From sequence record DRR378314_1208: a stretch of 64,000 nucleotides of DNA, one strand, 5' to 3'. Under the pieces are notes generated by a model. The model saw only the letters and a program-made list of their open reading frames with translations. It was not told the origin of the DNA and did not search any database. A program made the translations under genes and the position numbers. Positions 1-9,566 of this stretch are shown in pieces (within the stretch, counting starts at the first letter, position 1; each line of letters starts with the position of its first letter).

Positions 1-270
1 ATCAACGCACCGATTCAGGGCTCGGCCGCCGATATTATCAAACGCGCCATGATCCGCATGCCGGACGCGCTGGCCAAGGCAGGCTTGTCGGCGCGCATGC
101 TGTTGCAGGTGCACGATGAGCTCGTCTTCGAATGCCCGGAAAAGGAGGCTGACGCGTTGATCGACACCGTCAAAGCCACGATGCAGGGCGCCGCCGGACC
201 TGCGCTTGAATTGTCAGTGCCACTCGTCGTGGACGCGCGGGCCGCCAGCAACTGGGCCGAAGCGCACTGA
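1..270 (+). CDS. polA: DNA polymerase I, C-terminal fragment (gene starts before the window)
   Basis: Frame 1 reads INAPIQGSAADIIKRAM...LLQVHDELVFE...NWAEAH*, with the family A polymerase motif C (HDE) and a typical PolI C-terminus. Confidence 0.97.
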   Translation: MNAPIQGSAADIIKRAMIRMPDALAKAGLSARMLLQVHDELVFECPEKEADALIDTVKATMQGAAGPALELSVPLVVDARAASNWAEAH

Positions 271-342
271 AGCCTAACCAAGTTTTCACACACGCTGCGC
301 GTGCTCTCATGTTAGCGTTCCCGGAACATGGGGGAGCTAATT

Positions 343-1245
343 ATGAGACACGGCTTGTTGGCGGGATTGTTCGCGGTAGGCTTTGGCAGCCCGGCGATTG
401 CAGAGACGGATCTGTCTACGCTCAGAACACAGATTGAGCAGGCGACTGCATCTGAGGATTTGCCGACGATCTCCGCAGCATTCGGCCCAGACGTCTGGAT
501 CATGCCGGAATACCAGAAAACCATGATCGGGCGCGAACACGCCGCATTGTACTACAAAACGCTGTTTGACGGCATCGACATCACGCATTTTGACAAAGCG
601 CTGACCGAGACCATTCCGGTGGACGCGCTGAAAATCGATATTGGCGCATTCACTCTGCACTATACGGCAGCGGACGCCACAGAAGCGCAGGAAATATCCG
701 GGCACTACGTAGATGTCTGGCAGGAAAGCGCGTCGGGAGATTATACGCTACTGGCGCAAGCCTGGAATTTTGACAGCGTGTACCCGGAAGTACGCGAAAC
801 CAAGATGTTTGATACGCTGCCAAGCGTCCATTTGGCCTTCACGCCATCGGTCCCCATCGATACGGGCGTGGCGTTCGATCATCTTGCCGTCGACCTATAC
901 AACGACGCTGCGATGATAAGACAACAACCCGACCTTCTCCACTACGTTTACGCCGAAGACGCCGTAATGTATCCACATGACAGCGAACCGGAAGTGGGCC
1001 GGGATGCGATAAAAGACTTTTTGGAAGGCTATACGTCTGGCTGGCCCAGTTTTGACTTCATAAAAGCAGCCTCTCACAGGATTGAAGGTACCTCGCCTTA
1101 TGTCTTGTCTCTGATTTCCTACAACCTTCGCTGGGATTCACTGGACAATTCCGGTGTATCCATCGGCAAGGGCATACGTATCATGAAGCGAAACAAGGAT
1201 GGGTCGTTGCGGACTTACCGCATAATCTCAATGCATGACCAGTAA
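343..1245 (+). CDS. Secreted protein with two NTF2/SnoaL-like (DUF4440-type) domains
   Basis: RBS GGGGAG at 331-336 precedes ATG 343. Signal peptide MRHGLLAGLFAVGFGSPAIA. The two halves carry D(V/A)x(I/M)xP...GRxA(A/I) and late G-(H/K)...W/K segments typical of NTF2-like folds. Confidence 0.6.
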   Translation: MRHGLLAGLFAVGFGSPAIAETDLSTLRTQIEQATASEDLPTISAAFGPDVWIMPEYQKTMIGREHAALYYKTLFDGIDITHFDKALTETIPVDALKIDIGAFTLHYTAADATEAQEISGHYVDVWQESASGDYTLLAQAWNFDSVYPEVRETKMFDTLPSVHLAFTPSVPIDTGVAFDHLAVDLYNDAAMIRQQPDLLHYVYAEDAVMYPHDSEPEVGRDAIKDFLEGYTSGWPSFDFIKAASHRIEGTSPYVLSLISYNLRWDSLDNSGVSIGKGIRIMKRNKDGSLRTYRIISMHDQ

Positions 1246-1294
1246 GATTGCGAAGCCGTCCCGACGCAGACAAGCGACCAGGACGGCTACCAAG

Positions 1295-1960
1295 CTAAAC
1301 TTCCGTCAGGATATCCGAATACGGAAGACGAGATTTCGGAAGGGAGGCGTTATAGTCCTGCTCCGGGTCATGATAGCCGAGCGGCACGACGAACAGGGCG
1401 GAATAGCCTTTCTCGCGCAGGCCGAACTCGGCATCCAGAACCGGTATCTCAATCCCCTCCATCGGCGTTGCGTCCACACCCAGCGCTGCAGCGCCCAACA
1501 GGAATTGTCCTAGGTTGAGATAGACCTGCTTGTCCATCCAGTGCTGGACATCCTTGAAGTCCTGTTTGTGCAGATTCACGAACAGGGAGCGCCCGCCATG
1601 CATGGCCGGCTTATGGGTTTCCTTGTCCGCATCGAAGCGGCCGTCTTTGTCTTCCTGCTCCAGCACGTGCTGCAGATAGTCTTCATCTACGGCCAGACGG
1701 CTGGCAAACACCACAACATGCGAGGCGTTGAGGATGGACGGGCGATTGAAAGGATACTTCTCCGTCGCCTTGGCAACGCGCGCCTTGCCCTCCTGCGTGG
1801 AGGCGATGACGAAATGCCAAGGCTGAATGTTCGTGCTGGACGGGCTGAAGCGCAGCAATTCTTTCAGCTTCTCGACCGTTTCGTCCGGAATGCGACGGTT
1901 CGGATCATACGACTTCGTTGTGTGTCGCTTTTTGGCGTAGTAGGTAATATCATGAACCAT
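1295..1960 (-). CDS. nfsB: Oxygen-insensitive NAD(P)H nitroreductase (NfsB/NfnB family)
   Basis: Motifs RHTTKSYD, SPSSTNIQPWHF, DATPMEG and LPKSRL. Confidence 0.9.
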   Translation of the reverse strand: MVHDITYYAKKRHTTKSYDPNRRIPDETVEKLKELLRFSPSSTNIQPWHFVIASTQEGKARVAKATEKYPFNRPSILNASHVVVFASRLAVDEDYLQHVLEQEDKDGRFDADKETHKPAMHGGRSLFVNLHKQDFKDVQHWMDKQVYLNLGQFLLGAAALGVDATPMEGIEIPVLDAEFGLREKGYSALFVVPLGYHDPEQDYNASLPKSRLPYSDILTEV

Positions 1961-2011
1961 GATATAGTCCTTTCAAGGAGAATAATTGGAGGGAGTTTCG
2001 GGAGGGAAGGA

Positions 2012-2896
2012 TCAGTTCCGGGTGGAGGTGATCTTGAAATGTCCTTCGCTGCGGACATAGAGCAGGCAGTCCGTCTCGGCGTTGCAAGCAAACACATCTG
2101 CAGCGTCCGGCGCGCCTGCCACAAAGCTACCGGGCAAGAGCTCGCGCCTGGCAGGCGCACCGCCAAGCTGAATTTCGGATTCGCCAGAGATCGAGACGAT
2201 CTTCAGGTCTGCCTGTTCAGCGGAAAGACGAACAGACTGTCCAGCACGTATCTTCACCAAGGCGCCGCGGGCGCTGGTGTCTGTTTCACCTCCCCAGAGG
2301 AAAGCAACTTCAACGCCGCCACCCTGCTCGACCCAGGAGAGATCGGATGCATCCAGCCAGACCAGGTTTGACCGGTCCAGATTTACAGGGCGCTCGCCAT
2401 TGTCGAATGCGTTTTCGGTTGGTTCGACCAGATAAGGGCCTTCATCGATTTCAATATAGGCCATGTTGAACGCGCCCTGGGCCGACGTGATGTGCGCCTC
2501 TCCTGCTGGCTGCGTCCAGAAAGACCCGGCGGGCAGCCACATATCCGCCGCTCCCGGATCATCATTGTGAATTCGTCCCTCAATCACGATACCGCGGTAA
2601 GTCACGTTGTGAATATGTGGTGGGGAGGAGAAGCCTTGCTTGAACTGAACAAGGAACCCGGAAGCCCCCTCTGCCGCGCGATCTCCCCAGAGCGTTCCGG
2701 CTCTCGGGCTCGCATCACCACGGGCGGGATTGAGAGGGCCCCATTCCACGTCAGAGGTCAAAACGATTTCGGAGTGCGACGGTGTACCCTGAACCTGCTG
2801 GGCGGTGGCACATGCCCCCATCAGCGAGACGACCAACACAGCGCATCCCATTCCGGAGACGGCGTTTGTTATTGAGGGAAGTGAATTCAGAGGCAT
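2012..2896 (-). CDS. Cupin-fold DUF4437-type lipoprotein
   Basis: Lipobox-like LMGAC. Motifs WGPLNPARGD, FSSPPHIHNVTYRGIVIEG and GSFWTQPAGEAHIT. ATG 2896 has an RBS. Confidence 0.75.
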   Translation of the reverse strand: MPLNSLPSITNAVSGMGCAVLVVSLMGACATAQQVQGTPSHSEIVLTSDVEWGPLNPARGDASPRAGTLWGDRAAEGASGFLVQFKQGFSSPPHIHNVTYRGIVIEGRIHNDDPGAADMWLPAGSFWTQPAGEAHITSAQGAFNMAYIEIDEGPYLVEPTENAFDNGERPVNLDRSNLVWLDASDLSWVEQGGGVEVAFLWGGETDTSARGALVKIRAGQSVRLSAEQADLKIVSISGESEIQLGGAPARRELLPGSFVAGAPDAADVFACNAETDCLLYVRSEGHFKITSTRN

Positions 2897-3000
2897 GAGT
2901 GATCCTTCCACGCGGCGGGTTCTATGGTGGCGTATGGCACGCCAGATGGGTTCAATCAGTTGACGCCCTCCGATTTATTCATACAAACTGAATGCGCAAG

Positions 3001-3036
3001 TACGCACAATTTTGGCCTATACGCACAGAAAGTATA
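3001..3036. promoter_or_regulatory. Candidate HxlR-family operator in a divergent promoter
   Basis: Direct repeat TACGCACA at 3001-3008 and 3020-3027, followed by AGTATACT, just upstream of the regulator start. Confidence 0.4.
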
Positions 3037-3045
3037 CTGTAAGAC

Positions 3046-3402
3046 ATGACCCGCTTCGAAAAATATGACTGTTCCGCTGGCTGCCCGGTCGAGGCGGCCC
3101 TGGAAGTGATCGGCGGAAAGTGGAAGGGCGTCACGCTCTTCCATTTGCTGGACGGCGTGAAGCGCTTCAATGAATTGCAGCGCGATGTCGGCAACGTCAC
3201 CCAGCGCATGCTGACCAAGCAACTGCGCGAGCTGGAAGATGCCGGTCTCGTCCACCGTGAGGTCTATCCCGTGGTCCCGCCAAAGGTCGAATACAGCCTG
3301 ACGACAAAAGGCGAAACATTGCGACCTATCCTGAATGCTCTGAAAGAATGGGGCGAAGAGCACGTATTCGCCGCGCCAGAACCAGCGACCAATATCCCTT
3401 AA
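3046..3402 (+). CDS. HxlR/DUF24 family winged-helix regulator
   Basis: Motifs [28 protein letters not shown] and PPKVEYSLT. Divergent from the DUF4437-nfsB pair. Confidence 0.92.
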   Translation: MTRFEKYDCSAGCPVEAALEVIGGKWKGVTLFHLLDGVKRFNELQRDVGNVTQRMLTKQLRELEDAGLVHREVYPVVPPKVEYSLTTKGETLRPILNALKEWGEEHVFAAPEPATNIP

Positions 3403-3561
3403 ATTGCCGTAATGTGAGCTCGCGGATGCCTTGATCCCTTGATTTCATTGCAATTGCGATGAAGGAGGGCTTTTGCCGTGACGCGAACCATGTTTGAACA
3501 CCGTAATGTGAGACGGCCAGATCCCGCGCGCGGATATGCTGTGGCTGAGAAGGATAGACCG

Positions 3562-4254
3562 ATGACGACTTTGGCACTGGTGGATGACGACGAAAACATC
3601 GTTGCGTCTCTGAAGATCTTTTTCGAGGCCGAAGGCTACAATGTCCGCACCTATCATGATGGTGAAGCCGCCCTGCCCGCATTGACCGAAACACCGCCAG
3701 ATATCGCCATTCTGGATGTGAAGATGCCACGTATGGACGGCATGGAACTGCTGCGCCGCCTGCGCCAGACATCGGAATTGCCCGTCATATTCCTGACCTC
3801 CAAGGATGAGGAAATCGACGAGGTCATCGGCTTCAACATCGGCGCTGACGATTTTGTGCGCAAGCCCTGCTCCAATCGTCTGCTGGCCGAACGCGTGAAA
3901 GCGGTGCTGCGCCGCGCGCGCGGTGGCGTTGCAGGCACGGAAGAAGGCGACCAAAAGCCGATCGTCCGCGGGAAACTGACACTCGACCCAAACCGTCATG
4001 CCTGCACATGGGATGGCCATCCTGTTCGCCTGACGGTCACCGAATTCTTGATCCTGCAAGCCTTGGCCCAGCGCCCTGGATACGTGAAAAGCCGCGACCA
4101 ACTGATGGACGCCGCCTATGACGACCAGATCTACGTCGACGACCGTACCATCGACAGCCACATCAAGCGCCTTCGCAAGAAGTTCCGCGAAGTGACCGAT
4201 GAATTCGATGCGATCGAGACCCTCTATGGCGTCGGCTACCGCTATACTGAATAG
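3562..4254 (+). CDS. chvI: OmpR-family response regulator ChvI
   Basis: Motifs [45 protein letters not shown] and [18 protein letters not shown] precedes ATG 3562. Confidence 0.93.
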   Translation: MTTLALVDDDENIVASLKIFFEAEGYNVRTYHDGEAALPALTETPPDIAILDVKMPRMDGMELLRRLRQTSELPVIFLTSKDEEIDEVIGFNIGADDFVRKPCSNRLLAERVKAVLRRARGGVAGTEEGDQKPIVRGKLTLDPNRHACTWDGHPVRLTVTEFLILQALAQRPGYVKSRDQLMDAAYDDQIYVDDRTIDSHIKRLRKKFREVTDEFDAIETLYGVGYRYTE

Positions 4255-4849
4255 ACTCGGCGTTACCGAAATTTATATTGGCGGGGCGGGCGATACCCGC
4301 ACGCGCCTCGTCGCGACCTTTGCTGAAACCCGGCAACGTATGTTTGCGCACGATGCACATCGCAAGGCACACTACTTCCCGCACTACGCCCCCCGCCGAT
4401 GCCTGAAGTGCGCACGTCAGGCGGTCGCCGCTGGTCGCCGACTGCTAATAGTCGGCCATAGCTGGGGCGGCGACACGGCTTTGCGGGTGCTGAGGTCTCT
4501 CAACCCCGAATTTGTTGACCTGCTTGTCTGTGTGGACCCTGTTCCCAAATCGCGGCTCAATCCGCCACCGACACCGCGTAACGCCAGGCACATCATCCAT
4601 GTCGATGCGCGGCCAACCCGCCCAAACCAGTCAGACAGCGTGAAAGATCTCGGCCAGTGGATCGGGGGCACACTGCACCGGCGCCTTGCAATTGCGCACA
4701 CTCAAATCGTCGCCGACCTGAACCATTTTGCATTTGCGCAAATGATGGCCTCCCCGGATGACAACGGATTGTCTGCGATAGATTACATCAATCAACTTGG
4801 AGACCGTTTCAGCCGCCCCCGAACCGCCAACTCCAGTTCGGCAAGCTGA
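4226..4849 (+). CDS. Small alpha/beta hydrolase
   Basis: Nucleophile elbow VGHSWGG, VDPV, and candidate triad residues SD/NHF. The start is uncertain; ATG 4226 overlaps the chvI 3' end. Confidence 0.65.
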   Translation: MASATAILNRLGVTEIYIGGAGDTRTRLVATFAETRQRMFAHDAHRKAHYFPHYAPRRCLKCARQAVAAGRRLLIVGHSWGGDTALRVLRSLNPEFVDLLVCVDPVPKSRLNPPPTPRNARHIIHVDARPTRPNQSDSVKDLGQWIGGTLHRRLAIAHTQIVADLNHFAFAQMMASPDDNGLSAIDYINQLGDRFSRPRTANSSSAS

Positions 4850-5288
4850 TGACCAGCAATAGAAAGCCCAATCCGATCAGGAAACTCAGAGGCGAATATA
4901 CGCGGCGGTTCAGGCTCAGGAATGGCAATTCTGGCGCTGACCGTTCAAAAGCTGGCAACACGCCAATAATTCCTCGCCCCAGAAACACGAGCGCAGCCGC
5001 CAGTCCCGCCAGCGCCAGCGCCGCCTTGTGCAAGAACAGCAATTCCGTAGCGAACACATGTCCGCCGAGCAGACCCGCCAGCACTGCCGCCGCAAACAAA
5101 CAAAACGCAACGCCCGCACAAGACAGCGAAGACGGCATTTTCGTGATGCCTCTACGCCCAACAACAGCGCGCGCCAGCGCCTGTTCATTTGCGCAGGGAA
5201 AACTGCTGCCCAGCGCCCACAGAAGATGCAACACTCCCAGCGCGACCAGGATTGAAACAAGGATCAAAGATGTGATGGGCGCAAACAT
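4809..5288 (-). CDS. DUF3995-type membrane protein
   Basis: Four hydrophobic segments with LHLLWALG...P, FLGRG and YSPL motifs. RBS GGGAG precedes ATG 5288. Confidence 0.7.
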   Translation of the reverse strand: MFAPITSLILVSILVALGVLHLLWALGSSFPCANEQALARAVVGRRGITKMPSSLSCAGVAFCLFAAAVLAGLLGGHVFATELLFLHKAALALAGLAAALVFLGRGIIGVLPAFERSAPELPFLSLNRRVYSPLSFLIGLGFLLLVISLPNWSWRFGGG

Positions 5289-5398
5289 GTCTACACTCCC
5301 GAGGCTTGGCGACACTTCTAAAATGCGTCGACCACTTGCCGTTCCCTCCATCATTCAATAGCCAGACTTCAGATTAGCACAAGCAATAGGATAACTTC

Positions 5399-5863
5399 AT
5401 GGCAGACCCGGAAAACACCCTGCTTCTCGAAACCTCAAAAGGATCGGTGAAGATTGAGCTTCGCCCAGACCTGGCCCCCGGTCACGTCGAGCGCATCAAG
5501 GAACTGGCGCGCGAAGGTTTCTATGACGGCATCATCTTCCACCGCGTTATTGACGGCTTCATGGCACAGGTCGGTTGCCCACAAGGCACGGGCATGGGCG
5601 GATCGTCCAAACCGGACCTGAAAGCCGAATTCAACGCAGAGCCACACGTCCGGGGAACATGCTCCATGGCGCGCACATCTGCGCCCCATTCGGCCAACAG
5701 CCAGTTCTTTATCTGCTTTGACGACGCCCGGTTCCTCGACCGCCAATATACTGTCTGGGGTCAGGTAACCGAAGGCATGGATGTCGTTGATCAACTGGCC
5801 AAGGGCGAGCCACCGCGCAATCCCGACCAGATCGTCAGCATGAAAGTCGCTGCGGACGCCTGA
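5399..5863 (+). CDS. Cyclophilin-type peptidyl-prolyl cis-trans isomerase
   Basis: Motifs FYDGIIFHRVIDGFMAQ, SMART, SANSQFFI and YTVWGQV. Confidence 0.95.
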   Translation: MADPENTLLLETSKGSVKIELRPDLAPGHVERIKELAREGFYDGIIFHRVIDGFMAQVGCPQGTGMGGSSKPDLKAEFNAEPHVRGTCSMARTSAPHSANSQFFICFDDARFLDRQYTVWGQVTEGMDVVDQLAKGEPPRNPDQIVSMKVAADA

Positions 5864-5891
5864 TCGAAGGCACGCAGTCAGGCAGGCCAGG

Positions 5892-7496
5892 ATGGCGAAC
5901 GGTAAAGTCAGTCGTAAAGCGATCGCGCGGCATGGATCGAAAGTATTCGGTTCGCGCATCGCCCGGCTGATCTTTGCGTCCAACCTGGCCGGCCTTGCCA
6001 TCCTCATCATCGGCGCGATGGTTCTGAATGAAATGCGCGCCGGTTTTGTCGTCTCCAAGAAGCAGGATCTTGTCGCGCAGGCGCAAATCTTCACGAGTCT
6101 TCTGGGCGACGATGCCACAACACCTGCGCCCCTGTTGGACGTCGAAGCTGCCCGGCAGACTATTGTCCGGCTGAACCTGCCTGAACGAGTTCGCGCCCGC
6201 ATCTATACGCCGGACGGCGAATTGGTTGGCGACAGCTTCTATCTCTCTGAACGCGTAGATATCGACGCCCTGCCCCCGTTGCAGGAACCAAGCGATTTTG
6301 CCCGGCTCGGCGCGAGCCTCTCGGAATGGGCAAGTGACACGCTCGGCCCGATCATGCCACGGCGCAGCTCCGAAGCGTTGGTTGCCCAGAGCTTTGAAGA
6401 GGAATTCGAGATTGCCGTCCGCGGACAAGAAGCCGCCAGCCAGCGTTTTTCGGATCGTGGTCAGCGCATCATCTCGGTCTCAATGCCGATCCAGCGAGTG
6501 TCCGCCGTTGTCGGTGTACTGACGCTGGAATCAAATGATATCGACGAAATCATACGGTCTGAACGCGCCGCCCTTATCCCGTTCATTGGCGTAGCCGTAC
6601 TCGTCGCGTTTATCACATCCGTTCTTTTGACGCTCGGAATCGCGCGCCCCTTGCGCCGGCTTTCAGTGGCGGCTGACCGTATCAAGGCCGGAACATCTGA
6701 CAGTATCGACATCCCGGCGCTCAACAGTCGCAAAGACGAAATCGGCAATCTCGCCGAGTCCATGCAAAGCATGACCGAAGCGCTCCTGGAACGCATTCAG
6801 GCCAACGAACAATTCGCAGCGGACGTGGCGCACGAACTGAAGAATCCTCTCACTTCTATCCGGTCCGCTGTTGAAACAGCCGAACGGGTTCAGGACGATC
6901 CTGTCGCTCTGGAACGGCTCCGCCAAGTGATTGCACAAGACGTGAAGCGCCTTGACCGTCTGATTACAGACATTTCAAACGCGTCCCGCCTCGAAGCTGA
7001 AATGACGCGCGTACCGACCGAGCAAATGGATATTGCCGGTTTCGTTCACGACGTCGTGCAGACTTATGAGGGGCTCAGCCGGGATGATCGGTCGGTCCAT
7101 GTCGAATTCCGTGACGATACGATGGGGGCGCGGCTTCTCGTGCGCGGTCGCGATGGCCCACTGGGCCAGGTCGTCCGAAACCTGATCGACAATGCGCGCT
7201 CATTCTCTCCAGAAGGCGGCGAAGTGTTCGTCATCGTCGACCAGAGCAATGATGGCCCACAAACCATCGCCCGCATCATGGTTGAGGACAGCGGCCCGGG
7301 CATTCCGGAAGACAAGCTCGAAAAGATTTTCAGTCGCTTCTATACGGATCGCCCCGCCGGAACCGCGTTTGGCAACAATTCCGGACTGGGCCTCTCCATT
7401 GTGCAGCAGATCGTGACGACGCATCGTGGGAAAGTCTGGGCCGAAAACCGCGCCGAGGGCGGCGCGCGTTTCGTGGTCGACCTTCCCGCAATCTAG
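5892..7496 (+). CDS. chvG: Sensor histidine kinase ChvG/ExoS
   Basis: Two TM helices around a periplasmic domain (RARIY..DG.LV.DS), a HAMP domain, H-box ADVAHELKNPLTSIRSAVE, N-box NLIDNARSFS and G-box FGNNSGLGLSI. Confidence 0.9.
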   Translation: MANGKVSRKAIARHGSKVFGSRIARLIFASNLAGLAILIIGAMVLNEMRAGFVVSKKQDLVAQAQIFTSLLGDDATTPAPLLDVEAARQTIVRLNLPERVRARIYTPDGELVGDSFYLSERVDIDALPPLQEPSDFARLGASLSEWASDTLGPIMPRRSSEALVAQSFEEEFEIAVRGQEAASQRFSDRGQRIISVSMPIQRVSAVVGVLTLESNDIDEIIRSERAALIPFIGVAVLVAFITSVLLTLGIARPLRRLSVAADRIKAGTSDSIDIPALNSRKDEIGNLAESMQSMTEALLERIQANEQFAADVAHELKNPLTSIRSAVETAERVQDDPVALERLRQVIAQDVKRLDRLITDISNASRLEAEMTRVPTEQMDIAGFVHDVVQTYEGLSRDDRSVHVEFRDDTMGARLLVRGRDGPLGQVVRNLIDNARSFSPEGGEVFVIVDQSNDGPQTIARIMVEDSGPGIPEDKLEKIFSRFYTDRPAGTAFGNNSGLGLSIVQQIVTTHRGKVWAENRAEGGARFVVDLPAI

Positions 7497-7499
7497 CCC

Positions 7500-9446
7500 C
7501 TAGCGATTCTGACGGTTCTCGATCAGGTCATCTACCACTTCGGGTTCAGCCAGCGTCGATGTATCCCCAAGGTTCGAATACTCATTCTCGGCAATCTTGC
7601 GCAGGATGCGTCGCATGATCTTGCCGGAGCGCGTCTTCGGCAGACCCGGAGCAATCTGAATCAAATCCGGGCTCGCAATCGGGCCAATCTCCTGGCGCAC
7701 ATGCTGAATCAGGTTTTTTACCAGCGCGTCGTCGACATCAACTCCCTGGCGCAGGGTGACATAGGCATAAATGCCCTGCCCCTTCACATCATGGGGGTAG
7801 CCTACAACAGCAGCTTCCGCGACCGCATCATGACTGACGAGCGCGCTTTCGACTTCAGCAGTCCCCATCCGGTGACCTGACACATTGATCACATCATCCA
7901 CGCGTCCGGTGATCCAGTAGAATCCATCCTCATCCCGTCGACAGCCATCGCCCGTGAAATAGGTTCCGGGATAAGCAGTAAAGTAAGTATCGATGAAGCG
8001 CTGATGATCCCCATAAACAGTGCGCATTTGCCCTGGCCAACTGTCCGTGATCAGCAGATTTCCATCAGCCGCCCCCTGCAGCTCGGTTCCGTCCGCATCG
8101 ACCAAAACAGGCTTGATACCGAAGAATGGGTGGCTGCCGGCTCCCGGCTTCATATCCGTTGTGCCCGGCAAGGGGACAATCATCGTACCGCCGGTCTCGG
8201 TCTGCCACCACGTATCCACGATGGGACATCGCTGCTCACCGACAACATGAAAGTACCATTCCCAGGCTTCGGGGTTGATCGGCTCGCCGACGGTCCCCAA
8301 CAATCGGATGGATTTGCGTGACGTCTTGTTGACCGGCTCCTCGCCTTCTCGCATCAGCGCGCGGATAGCAGTCGGCGCGGTGTAAAAGATCGTAACGTTC
8401 TGTTCGTCACACACCTGCCAAAAACGTGACGCGTCGGGATAGGTCGGCACGCCTTCGAAGACGAGGCTGGTCGCGCCATTCGCAAGCGGTCCGTACACGA
8501 TATAGGTATGACCAGTCACCCAACCGACATCGGCCGAGCACCAGAATACGTCGTCCTCTTTCAGGTCAAAGACATATTCGTGCGTCATCGAAGCCCAGAC
8601 CAGATACCCACCGGTCGTGTGCAACACACCCTTGGGTTTTCCGGTGGACCCCGACGTGTAAAGAATGAATAGCGGGTCTTCGGCGCTCATCGGCTCTGGC
8701 GGGCAATCCGAAGAAATGCCTTCCGCGGCCTCGTGCAGCCAATGATCGCGGCCTTCTTTCATGCCGACCTTTGCGCCCGTGCGCTTGACCACCAACATCT
8801 TCTCGACCATGCCGCCTGCAATCTCTGCAGCCTTGTCCGCGTTGACCTTCAGCGGCACTTTCCGGCCGCCGCGCACGCCCTCATCTGCGGTTATCAGGAA
8901 CTTTGATTCACAATCCGTGATCCGCCCGGCCAAGGCTTCCGGGCTAAAGCCACCAAACACAACGGAGTGGACCGCCCCGATGCGCGCGCATGCGAGCATG
9001 GCGTATGTCGCCTCCAGGATCATGGGCATGTAGATCGTGACCCGGTCGCCCTTCTGCACGCCCAGCTTCTTGAGCACATTGGCGAACTTGCACACCGCCG
9101 TGTGAAGCTGGCGGTAGGTCATCTTGTGCGTCATGCCGGGCTCATCCCCCTCCCAGATGAGCGCAACCTTATCCCCGCGAGTTTCAAGGTGCCGGTCCAG
9201 GCAATTGGCAGACACATTCAAAACGCCATCCGAATACCACTTCACGTGCAAATCGCCCGTCTCCCACGAGACATCCTTCACGACCGTATAGGGTTTGATC
9301 CAGTCGAGCCGCTTGCCGTGCTCGCCCCAGAATGCTTCCGGGTCCGCGATCGATGCCTCATACATCTCGCGATACTTGCCCGGAGTCAGGTTTGCCTTGG
9401 CTGCAAACTCTGCAGGTACCGGATAGGTTTTCGCTGTTTCGGTCAT
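7500..9446 (-). CDS. acs: Acetyl-CoA synthetase
   Basis: Motifs [21 protein letters not shown] and [15 protein letters not shown] precedes ATG 9446. Confidence 0.97.
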   Translation of the reverse strand: MTETAKTYPVPAEFAAKANLTPGKYREMYEASIADPEAFWGEHGKRLDWIKPYTVVKDVSWETGDLHVKWYSDGVLNVSANCLDRHLETRGDKVALIWEGDEPGMTHKMTYRQLHTAVCKFANVLKKLGVQKGDRVTIYMPMILEATYAMLACARIGAVHSVVFGGFSPEALAGRITDCESKFLITADEGVRGGRKVPLKVNADKAAEIAGGMVEKMLVVKRTGAKVGMKEGRDHWLHEAAEGISSDCPPEPMSAEDPLFILYTSGSTGKPKGVLHTTGGYLVWASMTHEYVFDLKEDDVFWCSADVGWVTGHTYIVYGPLANGATSLVFEGVPTYPDASRFWQVCDEQNVTIFYTAPTAIRALMREGEEPVNKTSRKSIRLLGTVGEPINPEAWEWYFHVVGEQRCPIVDTWWQTETGGTMIVPLPGTTDMKPGAGSHPFFGIKPVLVDADGTELQGAADGNLLITDSWPGQMRTVYGDHQRFIDTYFTAYPGTYFTGDGCRRDEDGFYWITGRVDDVINVSGHRMGTAEVESALVSHDAVAEAAVVGYPHDVKGQGIYAYVTLRQGVDVDDALVKNLIQHVRQEIGPIASPDLIQIAPGLPKTRSGKIMRRILRKIAENEYSNLGDTSTLAEPEVVDDLIENRQNR

Positions 9447-9566
9447 GAACGCCTCGTGGTCTGTTGTTTCCTGCATACGCTTATTGCCGCGATGATGCGC
9501 CCCCTCGCATCAACGTCAACATCCAGATTCGGGAAAACCCGGGGGCTTTCCAAAATTTCAGCTTGG

